Positions 39,465 through 51,890 are shown, numbered from the stretch's first letter. The stretch is 64,000 nucleotides of DNA from Nitrospirota bacterium (GCA_963754875.1 CAVWHO010000002.1:20194-84193), one strand, 5' to 3'. The notes: generated from the sequence alone by a model not told the origin. A program made the numbers and translations.

Positions 39465-42106
39465 TTACTTCCCATGACACTTCTTGTACTTGAGCCCGCT
39501 CCCGCAGGGGCACGGATCGTTCCTGCCGACCTTCTGTGCTGCATGGACAGGGGCGGGCTTGGCTGCAGCCGCAGCATTGCCAGCGCCCATGAAGCTCAGG
39601 TTCGCGATCTGCTGGCGCTGCCTGCGCTCGATCTCCTGCCCTTGCTCCTTGGCAGCCGCCTTGATGCGGAACAGGTTCTCGACGGTTGTCTCGACGATGC
39701 GCAGCTTCATCTCCTCGAACATTTCGAAGCCTTCCCGTTTATACTCAACGAGCGGATCCACCTGTGCATACCCTCGCAGGCCGATGCCCTCCTTCAGGTG
39801 ATCCATGGCGAGGAGATGGTCTTTCCATTGATGGTCCACGGCCTGAAGCATGAACACCTTTTCCAGGTGCCGCATCAGCTCCGGACCGATCTCCTGGTCT
39901 TTGTCGTCATAGCTCTGCTTGACTGCTGCCCACAGCTTCTCGCGGAATTCCTCACGGGGGAGAGACTGGGGATCAATGCCGGTCATACGAAAGGAGAACT
40001 TTGATGCAAGGGCGTCGGTAAGACCCGTAACGTTCCACTGCTCGGGATAAGCGCCCTCGGGACAGTAAAACCCGACCATGCCGTCGAGCATGTCCTCGGC
40101 CAGCCCGAGCACCTCTTCTTTCAGGTCCTCGCCGGCCAGGATCTGGCGGCGTTGTTCGTAGATCACTTTTCTTTGCTGGTTCATCACGTCATCGTATTCA
40201 AGGATGTGTTTACGGATATCAAAGTTGTGGTCTTCGACTTTCTTCTGTGCGTTCTCGATGGCGCGCGATACCATGCGGTGCTCGATGGGAACGTCCTCTT
40301 CCATGCCGAGCCTGCCCATAAGACCGGCGATGCGGTCCGACCCGAAGATCCGGAGCAGGTCGTCCTCGAGGGAAAGATAGAACCTCGACGAGCCGGGGTC
40401 TCCCTGGCGGCCGGAACGTCCGCGGAGCTGGTTGTCGATCCGGCGAGACTCATGCCGCTCGGTGCCGAGGATATGAAGTCCGCCCGCAGCGATGACTTTC
40501 TCCTTTTCATCGGCGCAGAGGGCCTTGAACTTCTCAAGTGTCTTGTCCCACTCTTCCTGCGCATGTTCTTTTCCCTTAAGGGCCTGGCGCGTAAGTCCCT
40601 CGGGGTTGCCGCCCAGGACGATGTCGGTGCCGCGGCCCGCCATATTCGTTGCAATCGTGACCGCTTCATGCCGGCCGGCCTGCGCAATGATCTCTGCCTC
40701 CATCTCGTGGTACTTGGCGTTCAAAACCGAGTGTCTGATGCCTTTTTTCTTCAGAATTGCGGCCAGGGCCTCGGACTTGACGATTGAGATGGTGCCGACC
40801 AGCACGGGCTGGCCCTTCTTGTGACACTGCTTCGATTTCTTTGACGGCAGCGTTAAATTTTGCTTTCTCGTTTTTGTAGATAAAGTCCGGGCTGTCGGTA
40901 CGGATCATGGGACGGTGTGTGGGAATGACAACCACGTCGAGGTTGTAGATCTTCGCGAATTCCCCCGCCTCGGTCTCGGCCGTACCGGTCATGCCTGCGA
41001 GCTTGTTGTAGAGCCGGAAATAGTTCTGGAACGTGATGGACGCCAGCGTCTGGTTCTCGTTCTCGATCTTGACGTTTTCCTTGGCCTCGATGGCCTGGTG
41101 GAGACCGTCGCTCCAGCGCCTGCCCGGCATGAGCCTGCCCGTGAATTCGTCCACGATCAGGACCTCGCCGTCCTTGACCACATAGTCCACGTCGCGGTGG
41201 AACAGGGCATGGGCCTTCAAGCCCTGATGCACGTGGTGCACCAGATCGACGTTCGAGGGGTCGTAGAGGTTGCCGGCGTTCAAACAGGCGCTCGACCTTG
41301 ATGTTCCCCTCCTCCGTCAGCGCCACGGTCTTGGTTTTCTCTTCGATCGTATAATCCGCGTCTTTCTTAAGGCTCGGTATGATCCGGTTGATCTTGTAGT
41401 ACTTGTCGGTGGACTCTTCCGCGGGGCCGGAGATGATGAGCGGCGTCCGGGCCTCGTCGATCAGGATCGAGTCCACTTCGTCCACGATGGCGTAGTTGAG
41501 CTCGCGCTGGACGTACTCCTTGAGGTCGAATTTCATGTTGTCGCGCAGATAATCGAAACCGAACTCGTTGTTCGTGCCGTAGGTCACATCCGAGCCGTAC
41601 GCCGCCTGCCGTTCCTCGTCGGTGAGCCCATGGACGATGACGCCGACAGAGAGGCCGAGGAAGCTGTAAACCTTGCCCATCCATTCCGAGTCGCGCCGCG
41701 CCAGGTAGTCGTTGACGGTCACGACGTGCACGCCTTTGCCTTCGAGGGCATTCAGGTACACCGGCAGCGTGGCGACCAGTGTTTTACCCTCGCCTGTTTT
41801 CATTTCCGCGATCTTGCCGGAGTGAAGAACGATGCCGCCGACAAGCTGGACGTCGAAATGCCTCATTATGAGGACCCGTTTGGCCGCCTCTCGTACCACG
41901 GCAAAGGCTTCGGGCAGAATGTCGTCAAGTGACTCGCCTTCCTGCAAACGCTTCTTGAATTCGTCGGTTTTCTCTTGCAACTCTGTATCAGAAAGACCGG
42001 AGATCCCCTCTTCAAAGGAGTTTATTTGGTCCACCTGAGCCTGGATGCGTTTTAGCTCCCTGTCGTTCGCCGTGCCGAATACTTTTTTCAGGATCGTACC
42101 AATCAT
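39465..42106 (-). CDS. secA: Preprotein translocase subunit SecA (frameshifts near 41283 and 40830)
   Basis: [52 protein letters not shown] motif [19 protein letters not shown]. Confidence 0.98.
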
Positions 42107-42414
42107 CTATTTCTCTCCACCTTTGCTCAGCCTCTTTAGAGAATTTGGCCGCCGGCCACGGGTCTGCCTCCCACGCCCTGTGAGAGGCCTTCTATTCACC
42201 CCACTGAGGATGCGGCCGCCTTCTCGAACAAAGAAAAATCATTTTTCTTTACAGTTGATTATAATATCATTTTTCCCCGGGAATTCAAGAGAATAATCTG
42301 GCGGTGACGGGGAGTGAGATTATGGTTTAGCTGTTTGAAGGTGGGTGAGATGTATAGAGGTGCTTATTTAACCTCTCTGTGCAGAGGTATGCCGGCTAAT
42401 GCAACATTTATTAC

Positions 42415-42443
42415 TTGACAAAAAAAAGCGACAAGTGTATAAA
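42415..42443 (+). promoter_or_regulatory. Sigma70 promoter of the arsR-family gene, probably leaderless
   Basis: TTGACA-17 nt-TATAAA; ATG 8 nt downstream; no Shine-Dalgarno sequence. Confidence 0.7.
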
Positions 42444-42451
42444 ATTGTAAC

Positions 42452-42790
42452 ATGAAAAGCATTTTAACCGATAAATCCATATTTGAAATGCAGGCTGAGA
42501 TCTGCAAGACCCTCACCAATCCAAAACGCATCGAAATCCTTAACACGCTCAAAAATGAGGAAAAAACAGTGACGGAGCTGGTGGGCGCCCTCGGCGCTTC
42601 CAAAGCGAATGTTTCCCAGCACCTTGCCGTCATGCGCCACAAAGGAATCCTTGCAACGAGGCGGGACGGCGTGAACATTTACTACCGCGTAGCAAACCCC
42701 AAAGTCATCGAAGCTTGTTCCCTGATGAAAGAAGTGCTCTTTGAACAACATGCGTCCAGAAAAAAAACAGTGATGGGTGTAGCGAGTTGA
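42452..42790 (+). CDS. ArsR/SmtB family transcriptional regulator
   Basis: CKTLTNPKRIEIL, NVSQHLAVMR, RRDGVNIYY. Confidence 0.93.
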   Translation: MKSILTDKSIFEMQAEICKTLTNPKRIEILNTLKNEEKTVTELVGALGASKANVSQHLAVMRHKGILATRRDGVNIYYRVANPKVIEACSLMKEVLFEQHASRKKTVMGVAS

Positions 42791-42858
42791 ACCGGAATAT
42801 TGATTTCAACCTTCCCTTCTTTCCTGTCTCATAAAATATCTCCGATTAATAATTAACT

Positions 42859-42893
42859 AAAAAAACCCCGAAGATGGGGGCTCTTCGGGGTTT
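42859..42893. terminator. Intrinsic terminator between convergent arsR and csp genes
   Basis: AAACCCCGAAGA-7 nt-TCTTCGGGGTTT with a flanking A-run. Confidence 0.85.
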
Positions 42894-42953
42894 CGAACAC
42901 TCGATACAAAATTTACAACAAAACAATAGACCTGTTGACTGCGGAACTTGTCG

Positions 42954-43160
42954 CTAAGACGTTTTAGCTACGTTCGACGCCTGTGGACCTTTATCGCCTT
43001 GTATAATGTCGAACTGAACCACCTGTCCTTCTGATAGCGTTTTGTATCCCTCGCCCTGAATAGCGGAATAATGCACAAATACATCGCGACCTCCGCCGTC
43101 AGGCTCGATAAAGCCATATCCCTTTGATTCGTTGAACCACTTTACTTTCCCCGTAGACAT
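42954..43160 (-). CDS. Cold-shock protein (CspA family)
   Basis: [36 protein letters not shown] ribosome binding site. Confidence 0.97.
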   Translation of the reverse strand: MSTGKVKWFNESKGYGFIEPDGGGRDVFVHYSAIQGEGYKTLSEGQVVQFDIIQGDKGPQASNVAKTS

Positions 43161-43370
43161 AAAACTTACTCCCTCCTTGTTTGTCTCCGCTGCGCTGGCA
43201 ATTGCCCCCCGGCCAAAACCATGGCGGAAACGGTTTTGTTTCAAAAGGGAAAGAGTTTTCAGTCCCGCGTGGTCTCTTTTCCCTGGCCAACCATAGGTCG
43301 CTGCTATTAATTAATGGAGAGGAAGAATAGATTTAGATGTGAGGATGTGGCTGCCCGATATGACCTCTTT

Positions 43371-44306
43371 TTAGTTCAAGTATTTTACCGGATTCACGGG
43401 AAGACCGTTCAAACGAACTTCATAGTGAAGATGCGGTCCCGTGCTGGAACCGGTATCGCCCACATAGGAGATGATATCACCGCGCTTTACCTGCTGTCCG
43501 GCCTTCACGTTGAGCCGTGAGTTATGCCCATATATGGTTTTGATGCCGTAGCCATGGCTGATTTCTACCATATTGCCGTAACCGGTGCTGAAACCGGCTC
43601 TGACCACGACACCGTCTGCAGGCGCCACCACCGGTGTTCCCGTCTGAGCGGCAATATCGAGTCCCTCATGAAAGGTAAGAATCCCGCTGAACGGCGAAGT
43701 CCGATTTCCAAAGGGAGACGTGATCCAACCTCGAACAGGCCAGGTCGACGGCGTTGACGCATAGAGCGAACGCTTGTCCTCGAAATACTCAATCAGCATC
43801 TGTAGACTGGTTTCCTGCCGCGAGGCCGCGCCTTTGAGCTGGGTGAGTTCCTGGTGCATTTCCTTCAGCGCCTCTTCCTGCTTCTTCTCACCCATGGCCG
43901 TCAGATTCTGAAGGCCGAGTTCGTCAGGTCCTCCGATGCCGAGCACCTGCTGAGCCTTGTCCCGGGGGCCCAGGCTTACAACACGGCGCAACTTTGTATC
44001 GAGGTCCCGGAGAAAAAACATCTGGCGTTTATAGTCGAGGAGATTAAGCGCAAAGCTCTGCACCTGCGCCTTTTGCTGCATCAATTCCTCGCGCACGGAC
44101 TGCAGTTCCCAGATTTTGTCTTTGACATCGTTGTATTCGTAGATAAGATAGAGGGAGAGGACAAGAAGCGCACCTAAGGAAAGAAATACGGTCTTGAGAA
44201 CGGATTTAGATATGCTCAATGTTCGGACGCGTTCGTTGGGACCGGGCAGGAACATAAAGGTAAAATATTCTTTTTTCTTCTGTTTCCTGGACTTATTTAC
44301 CCTCAT
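43371..44306 (-). CDS. M23 family metallopeptidase with TM anchor and coiled coil
   Basis: HEGLD, YGHNS, STGPHLHYEV. Confidence 0.95.
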   Translation of the reverse strand: MRVNKSRKQKKKEYFTFMFLPGPNERVRTLSISKSVLKTVFLSLGALLVLSLYLIYEYNDVKDKIWELQSVREELMQQKAQVQSFALNLLDYKRQMFFLRDLDTKLRRVVSLGPRDKAQQVLGIGGPDELGLQNLTAMGEKKQEEALKEMHQELTQLKGAASRQETSLQMLIEYFEDKRSLYASTPSTWPVRGWITSPFGNRTSPFSGILTFHEGLDIAAQTGTPVVAPADGVVVRAGFSTGYGNMVEISHGYGIKTIYGHNSRLNVKAGQQVKRGDIISYVGDTGSSTGPHLHYEVRLNGLPVNPVKYLN

Positions 44307-44549
44307 CGTTCCTCCGAAAAGGCACACCGGCTCAATTAAAAAGTAACACAAAGGGTGCACAAAAGTCAAGGTTTATTCTTTTATACATACATGCGCAAAA
44401 TGCATATAACACAAGATATAGTGTCTGTAACCCTGAACAAGTAACTACATCTGGAGGAAGTCAGCAATTTCACAATCTTCAGAAAAATCTCTTTCTGTTT
44501 AAATTCTTTACTCCTTATTTTCGTTTTGTTACGGGCTCTGCCCGGTGAT

Positions 44550-44871
44550 TCATCCCTGCGTCGAATCATTGAGCCAGCGAAGATACTCTGCAGAACCGCC
44601 GACGATCGGAAGGGCAATCACTTCAGGCACAGATATAGGAATGAGTATCCTTGACCCGGGCAATGATGCGGTCCAGAAACGGCTGTCTGCTCTTCACGAT
44701 GATAAGCGTTTCGCTCTCGTCCTGCGTCTTCCCTTCCCAGAAGAAGAGGGAGCGGATCTGGGGCACGATATTTGCGCAGGCGGCAATGTGCTCGTTCACG
44801 AGTGCGGTCCCGATCCGCGCGGCTTCTTCCTTCGATGATGCCGTAATGAGCACAATGATTTCATCGGCCAT
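44550..44871 (-). CDS. cutA: Divalent-cation tolerance protein CutA (frameshift near 44633)
   Basis: AACANI, WEGK, HSY; second frame gives VPEVIALPIVGGSAEYLRWL. Confidence 0.92.
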
Positions 44872-44885
44872 AACCGCCTCCGTAC

Positions 44886-46987
44886 CTATTGTTTGCCGTA
44901 TGCACCGATGCCTTTGAGGTCCAGCATCGCCATGAACCGCGACTCTCCCGGCACGATGGTGTACGTCGTCCTGATCCCCCAGCACTGTGCCGAATAATTC
45001 ACGATATAATCCAATTCGGTGATCCTCTTGTGCTCCATGTCCCGTGTCAACTGGGCCCCCAGGCCCCACTTCCCGAGCTTAATGCTTCCTCCGCCGATGA
45101 GAGACTGCGTTGCCGGTTCCCGCAAATATTGTTCGGAGAGATTCAGCGATAGCGTCCCGGTCGTGAGCCCGGCGCCCACGTGTGCGACGACATCGCATGA
45201 TCGTACGTGTCGAAACTGGCGTTCGCTGTGGCTGAAAACAGCTTCGGCGTCTTGATGTACATCTCACCGAGAACATCCGACCGCACATGGCCGTTCGGCT
45301 CTCGCGCCGCATTCATATTGTAGGCCTGCGAAAGCTTCATGACCATCAGATCGAAACTCGTATACGCCGGCGAGTCCTTCGATTCCTTGTAATGGGCAGT
45401 CAGACGGTTGACCAGCGAGACCGTCGTGGTGTTCATTGACGCCACGGAGTCTACGGCGTCGAACTGAGGAATATCACCGTGATCGATATGGGGAATGTAG
45501 GTATAGGAGACCGTTGGTTCGATCGAGTGTCTGATCCGGCCGATGCCGGATTCCCTTGTCCGTCCCGTAGATCCGCGAAATGCGCGCGTTCAGGTCCACT
45601 CCCGCATAAGCAAATTTTCGCTCCATCGGTCCGGCTGAGGAGGCGCTCTGATCGTAAAACGTCGCCCGCACGCCTGCCCGCGGCGTCAGGCTCAAGCCGC
45701 TGCTCCCGAACGGTGCGGCAAGCTCCGGGTTGAAATCCACGCGCCTGGTACCGTCTCCGCTCTGCTTCACGAAATTCGTGGCCGACCCTTCGAAGTTTAC
45801 ACGGACCGGACCGCCGAGCGTTTCTTCATAGATGGTGTACCTGAGCTCCGGCAGTTTCTGGACGGTCTTGTCGTTCGGTTGGGTGAGGTCGGTCGAATAC
45901 TGGCCAAGAAGGTAGAGAGATGCCGTGTTCCACCGCTCCACGTAAAAGGCATTCGAATCGACGTAGGGTTTGGATTTCACTTCCAGCCTTTGATCGAGGT
46001 CGTAATAGTACTGGTCATCGCTCACGAGATTGATATCGGCCCTGAACGACAGGTCCTCGGCAAACTCTTCCTGATGTTTGAACTGGAACTCCCACCTCGT
46101 AGTGCTGTTGTGGTTCATGTCCCAGACTTTGGCATAGGCCTGTCCCATGGATTCGCGGGAGTTGTTGTACCGGTACTCGATGCCGGTACCGTTTCCAACG
46201 CGCTCCCGGTAATCGGAAGATAGCGTCATGTCCTTGTAGTCGGAGATTGCCCAGAAAAACGCGTTCTCGACAAAAAAACCGTCGCGGCTGCTGTATCCGG
46301 GAACGGGGATCAGAAACCCGGACTGTCTGCGCACGGGAAAGAGAAAATAGGGTGTGTAGAACACCGGCACGCCCGCCACATTAAACGATACGCCGCTGCC
46401 CGTCGCATACCGTGCCATGTCGATATCCATCACGTCGGCCTTGAGATACCATTGGTCCTCATCGCAGGTCGTAAACTTGACCGTTCTCGACGTGGTAGGC
46501 AGTTTCCGACTTCCGTTCTATCATATCACCCTTCATATGATAGTTGTCTTTCTTCATGAACAGGTCGCCCTTCGTGACGATCCCCTCGCTGGTGTTCAGG
46601 TTGACCTTCAGGCTCTCGGCATGAACAACGTCTCCTTCGTCTTGAAGATAAACGTTGCCCTCTGCTTCGGCTTCGCCTGTTTTATTGTTCAGTACGACCT
46701 TGTCCGCCTCGAGCCGGATGCCCTCATACTCGATCTTCACATGCCCAATGGCAATATACACGTCGTTGGTCCGGTCATAATCGAGTTTGTCTGCCGTAAC
46801 CGTTACCGGGATTTTCTTCGGAAGTTCCTCTGCCAGAGCGTGCCGCGCCGCACCGGAGGCCATCAGACCGGAGAGAAGACTCGAGGGCAATGACGAATGC
46901 GGCAATCTCTGTCCTCGTCATCCCGCTCGGTCCATCAGCGTTTTGTTCTGCATTCCGCACCCGGCATTCCAAATTGGCCGATCTCAT
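44886..46987 (-). CDS. lptD: LPS-assembly protein LptD-like (multiple frameshifts; start approximate)
   Basis: VTADKLDY, AEAEGNV, FTTCD, VPVFYTPY...RQSGFLIP, QKLPE, HSIEP, YSAQCWG across successive frames. Confidence 0.88.
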
Positions 46988-48335
46988 CCTTTCAGACTCG
47001 TGAGCGCCCCTGCCCGTCCCCTCTCCGGGGAAAATAAAGCTCTCGCGTCGCCGACGACATAGAGAGATCCGGTGATCAAAATAAGATCGTCCGCCGACGC
47101 CCTCTCCCGCGACTCGTTCGATCGCATCTCCCACCGCTGCGGCAGCATCGACTGAAGCGTGCAGGTTTCGGACCTCTCTTGCCAGCACGGCGACATCCAG
47201 GGCACGCGAATACTGCGGCCTCGTGACAACGATATGATCGGCGAGCGGAACGAGTTCGGCGAGGATCCCCTGGTAATCCTTGTCACCGAGAATGCCGATG
47301 ACCAGCACGAGCCGGCGGTACAGCCGGTTTTAACTCCGCGATGGTCCCGGCAAGCGCTCGCGCCGAAGCGGGATTATGGGCGCCGTCAAGATAGATATCC
47401 GGCCGCTGCGCAACCCGTTCCATTCGTCCTTCCCAGCGCGCCTGAGCGAGTCCGGACCGCAGAAAGGCATCGTCAACGGTTATGCCGGCGTCTCTAAGGC
47501 ATTCGATCGAGGCAAGAGCAAGGCAGGCGTTGTCCACCTGGTGCCGTCCGGTCAGGTTCAGCCGCAGACCCGCATAGGCGGACGTCAATCCCCGGTAATC
47601 GAAGACCTGGCTTATTCCCGGAACGCAGTTCTCGGGCCAGAAATCCCTCTGCAAGCGATACACGGGGGCGCCTTTTGCCGCTGCTTCACGTTCGAAAAGT
47701 TGATACACTTCAGGCTGTTGTGCGCCGGTCACGAGCGGCACCGCGGGTTTGATAATGCCCGCTTTTTCACCGGCGATCTGCTCCAGTGTCGTGCCCAGAA
47801 ACTCAGTGTGCTCGACGTCGATGTTCGTGATTATCGATACGAGCGGGGAGATCACGTTCGTCGAGTCAAGCCGTCCGCCCATACCCACTTCGATCACGGC
47901 AATGTCGACGCCTCGATCGGCGAAATACCGGAATGCAATGGCTGTCGTCACCTCGAAAAACGTAGGATTCATCCCGCCCGACCCGCCGGGATCTTTCAGG
48001 CCGCGATATGCGCCCCGCACGGTTTGCGCCAGAGCAACGACGTCGGCCTCGGCAATGGGCTCGCCGTCCACCCTGATCCGCTCGGTAAAACTGATGAGAT
48101 GGGGAGAGGTGTAAAGGCCCACACGGTAGCCGGCAGCCTGAAGCATGCTCGCGATACATGCTGAGGTCGATCCTTTCCCGTTCGTACCCGCTACATGAAC
48201 AGTTCGAAATTTCCGATGGGGATCGTCCAGGATCTTCATAAGCATGACGCTGTTCTCCAGCGCCAGCTTTACACCGTGTTTCTGGAGGGCAAAAAGATAG
48301 TCAATTGTTTCCTGGTATGCTCTGTCAAGAGGCAT
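46984..48335 (-). CDS. folC: Folylpolyglutamate synthase/dihydrofolate synthase (frameshifted 3' end)
   Basis: VAGTNGKGST, YTSPHL, EVGMGGRLDSTN, LDGAHN, ITGSLYVVG. Confidence 0.96.
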
Positions 48336-48400
48336 GCTCGATTGTTATCCGTTTCTCTCGGTCTGGTCCGCCGTTCTGGAAGAGGTTGCGCCCCCGACCG

Positions 48401-49261
48401 TCATTCCACGGTCGAGTTCGTCGGACCAGTCGCAGGCGCAGCAGGTATCGCTGTCACCGTGGGCGCCTGCACGGGTACAGGCCGCTGGGCCGGCGCGGCA
48501 GACGGCGGATGTTGCTCAACAGTTTTGGGTGCGGCGTGCAGCTTCAGAGTAAACGGAACCGACTGGGCGCCGGGAATCGACTCGAGCCGTTTCCGGTTGA
48601 AACTGACCCGTGCCACCGGTTCGATCCGGTCAAAAAATATTTCGAGCTCCCCGGCCGTCAGACTGCCGGACACCTCCCGGTCAGATTCGCTGAATTTTTT
48701 TTCGCGAAGCTGCCCGTTTCCGCGCATAATTTCGTTGATCCGCAGGACGGCTGCCGTATCGTTGTCCGGGATAATGTTCACGACCAACCGTGCCACAGCC
48801 GGGGCTGAAGGGATCGTTGCTGCCGGCACGCTGGCAACAGGCATCGTGGCCACGGCAGTCTCCGTTTTCGGTACTGCCGGTGCAGCGGCCGAGTTTTTTT
48901 CCGGTTCGGTCTTCACGATCTTATCAAGCTCAAGATCAAGCTGGCGCGGTGTCGTGGCATAATAATATATTCCAGCCGCCGCCAGCACGATCGCCGAAAG
49001 CCACAGCGGCCGGTAGAATACTTTCTTCAGGCCTGACATCAAGGATAACCCGTCCTTCACCCGCTGGACAAGGCCCTCGGACACATCAATGTCATTCAGT
49101 ATCCGGCGCGTCTCATCTGCTCGTCTCAGCCCTTCGAATTCTGACCTGCAGATCACGCACGCGGCCAGGTGGCGCTCAATCCTGGTCCGTTCGATCCTGA
49201 AGACATGGCCGCGCAAGTATCGGGGAAATGCTTTTCTGGTCCGTTCACAGTCTTTCTTCAT
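48401..49261 (-). CDS. zf-HC2 anti-sigma-like membrane protein
   Basis: DC...HLAACVIC, one TM helix, Pro/Ala-rich periplasmic part. Confidence 0.75.
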   Translation of the reverse strand: MKKDCERTRKAFPRYLRGHVFRIERTRIERHLAACVICRSEFEGLRRADETRRILNDIDVSEGLVQRVKDGLSLMSGLKKVFYRPLWLSAIVLAAAGIYYYATTPRQLDLELDKIVKTEPEKNSAAAPAVPKTETAVATMPVASVPAATIPSAPAVARLVVNIIPDNDTAAVLRINEIMRGNGQLREKKFSESDREVSGSLTAGELEIFFDRIEPVARVSFNRKRLESIPGAQSVPFTLKLHAAPKTVEQHPPSAAPAQRPVPVQAPTVTAIPAAPATGPTNSTVE

Positions 49262-49419
49262 GGTACATCCTCATGCCGCCCGCAGCAATTGCACCGCCGG
49301 AGCTTGGAATCATTCCGAATCGAAGCGGATCTCGTTCTGAAGTACATTGTGCCGTCCGCAATGCGGACCTGTGGTTCCTGTTCGTCATGACGGCTTCTGT
49401 CTCTTGGAATTCAGGAACA

Positions 49420-50224
49420 CTACACGCCGCCGACCTTCACCTGTTCGGCGCGCAGGAGCGAATCGCCGAGGAATAGTTTGCCGATTTTCTCAAAACGTGC
49501 GGGCGTGTCGGTAACATAGTACTTCCGAATACCCTCGCCATTTCCGGTCCCGCGCCACTTCAGCTTTTCGAGCACGTCGGCCACTTCCTTGGCTGTTTCG
49601 GTCGCGGAATCGATCAGCGTAATTCCGGCTCCGACAGCCTTGCTGATCACCGTCTTGAGCAGCGGGTAATGGGTGCAACCCAGCACCAGGGTGTCGATGC
49701 CCGTGTCTTTCAGGGAGACAAGATATTTCCGCGCGACCAGTTCCGCAACGTCGTTGTTCGTCCAGCCCTCTTCGGCAAGCGGGACAAAGAGCGGGCATGC
49801 CAGGCTGTGACACGTCTACGTCGGCGGCGAGCTTCTTGATCGCCTTTTCGTATGCCCCGCTCCCGATTGTGGCTTCTGTGCCGATCACACCCACCTTTCG
49901 CGTCCTGGTTGCACGGACCGCGGCGCGCGCGCCGGGTTCGAGCACGCCGATGACCGGCAAAGGAAACTCCTTCTTCACCGCATCGAGGCTGACGGCGGTC
50001 GCCGTGTTGCAGGCCACCACGAGCATCTTGATCTCCTGCGCGAGCAGGAACTGCGTGTTCTCAAAACTGTAGCGCGTCACCGTTTCCGCCGACCGGATGC
50101 CGTAGGGCACGCGCGCCGTGTCGCCGAGGTAGATGATGTTCTCGTCAGGCAGCGTTGCCACGATCTCTTTGAGCACCGTCAGCCCGCCGATGCCGGAGTC
50201 GAATATGCCGATTGCTTTTTGCAT
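49420..50224 (-). CDS. murI: Glutamate racemase (frameshift near 49805)
   Basis: IFDSGIGG, ACNTA, LGCTHYP. Confidence 0.96.
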
Positions 50225-50236
50225 GATTATAAGAAC

Positions 50237-50290
50237 AGTCTCAAGTTTCAAGTCTCCGGTCTCAAGTTATAAAACATGAGACTTGAGACC
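50237..50290. repeat. Inverted heptamer tandem repeat
   Basis: AGTCTCA AGTTTCA AGTCTCC GGTCTCA followed by the inverse units TGAGACT TGAGACC. Confidence 0.7.
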
Positions 50291-50294
50291 AGTT

Positions 50295-50896
50295 TTACTG
50301 TTTTACCAGATCCATCCTCTTCGTGAACGTCCGCGACAGGTCCATATGCCCGGCGAGCGTCTGCGCTTCCCTGCCGTCCACCAGAAAGCGGACCTGTTTG
50401 ATCTCCTCGAAATTCTGCATTACCGTGTTCACCATCGCAAAGAGGGCGAGGAACTCTTCTCCTGCCGATGCGCTGATGTCCTGTTGCCGGGACCGGACGA
50501 GATCAATGTACGCTGTTCCCTGGCCGTCAAGGTAGAACGCCTTGAGTTTGATGTCGCGAAACACCGCAGTCTGCGCGGCCCGCTGGTCGCTCAAAACTGC
50601 GGCCAGTGTCTCCCGCGCCTGCGCCTGCGTATCAGGCTGTCGTTTGACCGATGCCGTGCCGGCCAGAAGTGCGCCGTTTACGGGATAGTAGACCGTAATG
50701 GTAAGCGGCTCGTTCCGGAAAGCAGGCTGCACCAGGGTTTGAGGGCCTTCCCTCGTTCGATTTCCGCACTCCTCTGGCGCCATGCGTCCGTATCCACAGG
50801 AAGGCCCCGCCTGCCGCCGCAATGAGAACGAAGACGAGCAACCAGGACGAGCAGCATCCGGTTGTCCCTGATGCTCCTATCGGTCATCTCTGACAT
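50295..50896 (-). CDS. GerMN domain protein (frameshifts at 5' end)
   Basis: N-terminal TM helix; GTAYIDL, AMVNT, VRFLVDGRE..TLAGHMDL. Confidence 0.88.
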
Positions 50897-51890
50897 AGTG
50901 TTCGATCCCTCCGGCGATGCTCTCAGCAACCTTCGTCCGGTCCTGGTCCATCCCGATCTCGATCAGGACCGCCGCGGCATCCACGGCCTTCAGTCCCGAC
51001 AGCGGCGCCTGTACGGCTCGGCGCTGTTCACGCCGGAAAGCTGCCGAGCGAGCAGCCGGCCGAGCACTCCGCTTTTCTGCAGGTGCGCTGCCTGCTGCGT
51101 GCCCCACAGCATTTCCTGCTGTTCGCTTCCGGTTTCGTAGCCGAGAAAATCTCCGCTCACGGGTTTCGTCTGGGCCGCAAAAGCGCCCGTGTCGCCGGAG
51201 ACGTCCTGAATATAGACGCGCGATTCCATGCCGGCTGCGCCGTGAATGCTCACATATACCGCAGCGCCGGCGGCATTGGCAAGTGCGGCCCGCTCGTCGA
51301 GTGAAAGGGCCTGGTCCTTTTCGCGGGTCAGGACAACCTTAATCCCGTCGCTTTTTTGGAGCAGTTTCCTGACGGCCAGAGAGAGGTCCAGAGCAAAGGT
51401 CTTTTCCAGTCCCTGGGCTGTCAGGACCCCGATGTCCTTGCCCCCGTGTCCCGGGTCGAGCACGACGACCAAACCGCTGCCTGCCTGCACGCGGCGCAAC
51501 CGGGACCGTCCCCTTCGCAATATCGATCACGATCCGGTCCGGCGCGCGAAGCGTGAAATCCTTCACCTGACCGGCCGCGGCATCGAGGTGTATCACGGCA
51601 TAATTTCTGCCGCCCTCTTCTCGGGCCTCAATGCCCGCGATAACGCCGTCATGGACAACGGGCATCTGCGATTTGAGCAGCAGCGGGCCTTCATAGGAAC
51701 TCAGCAGCACGCTCCGGCCGTCCTGGGACCGCGTCAGAGAATAGGGCGCCGCCGTTTCGATCTCGAACACGATGCGGGTAAATGCCGCATAGGAGGACGA
51801 GCGGACCGTTTTTATCGTCAGTCCCTTTTCTGCTGCTGTGGCCGGAGCAGTCAAGAGCGCAAGAGAGAGAATAATGAGTAGTGAAAACAT
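50877..51890 (-). CDS. N-acetylmuramoyl-L-alanine amidase (AMIN plus Amidase_3; frameshifted)
   Basis: TRIVFE, PDRIVID, LDPGHGG, EK, SIH, AVLIEIG. Confidence 0.9.

Noticed and set aside
39465..50224. Pseudogenisation or programmed frameshifting of secA, folC, murI and lptD
   Set aside because: These are essential genes with intact motifs and no consistent slippery site; sequencing error is simpler.
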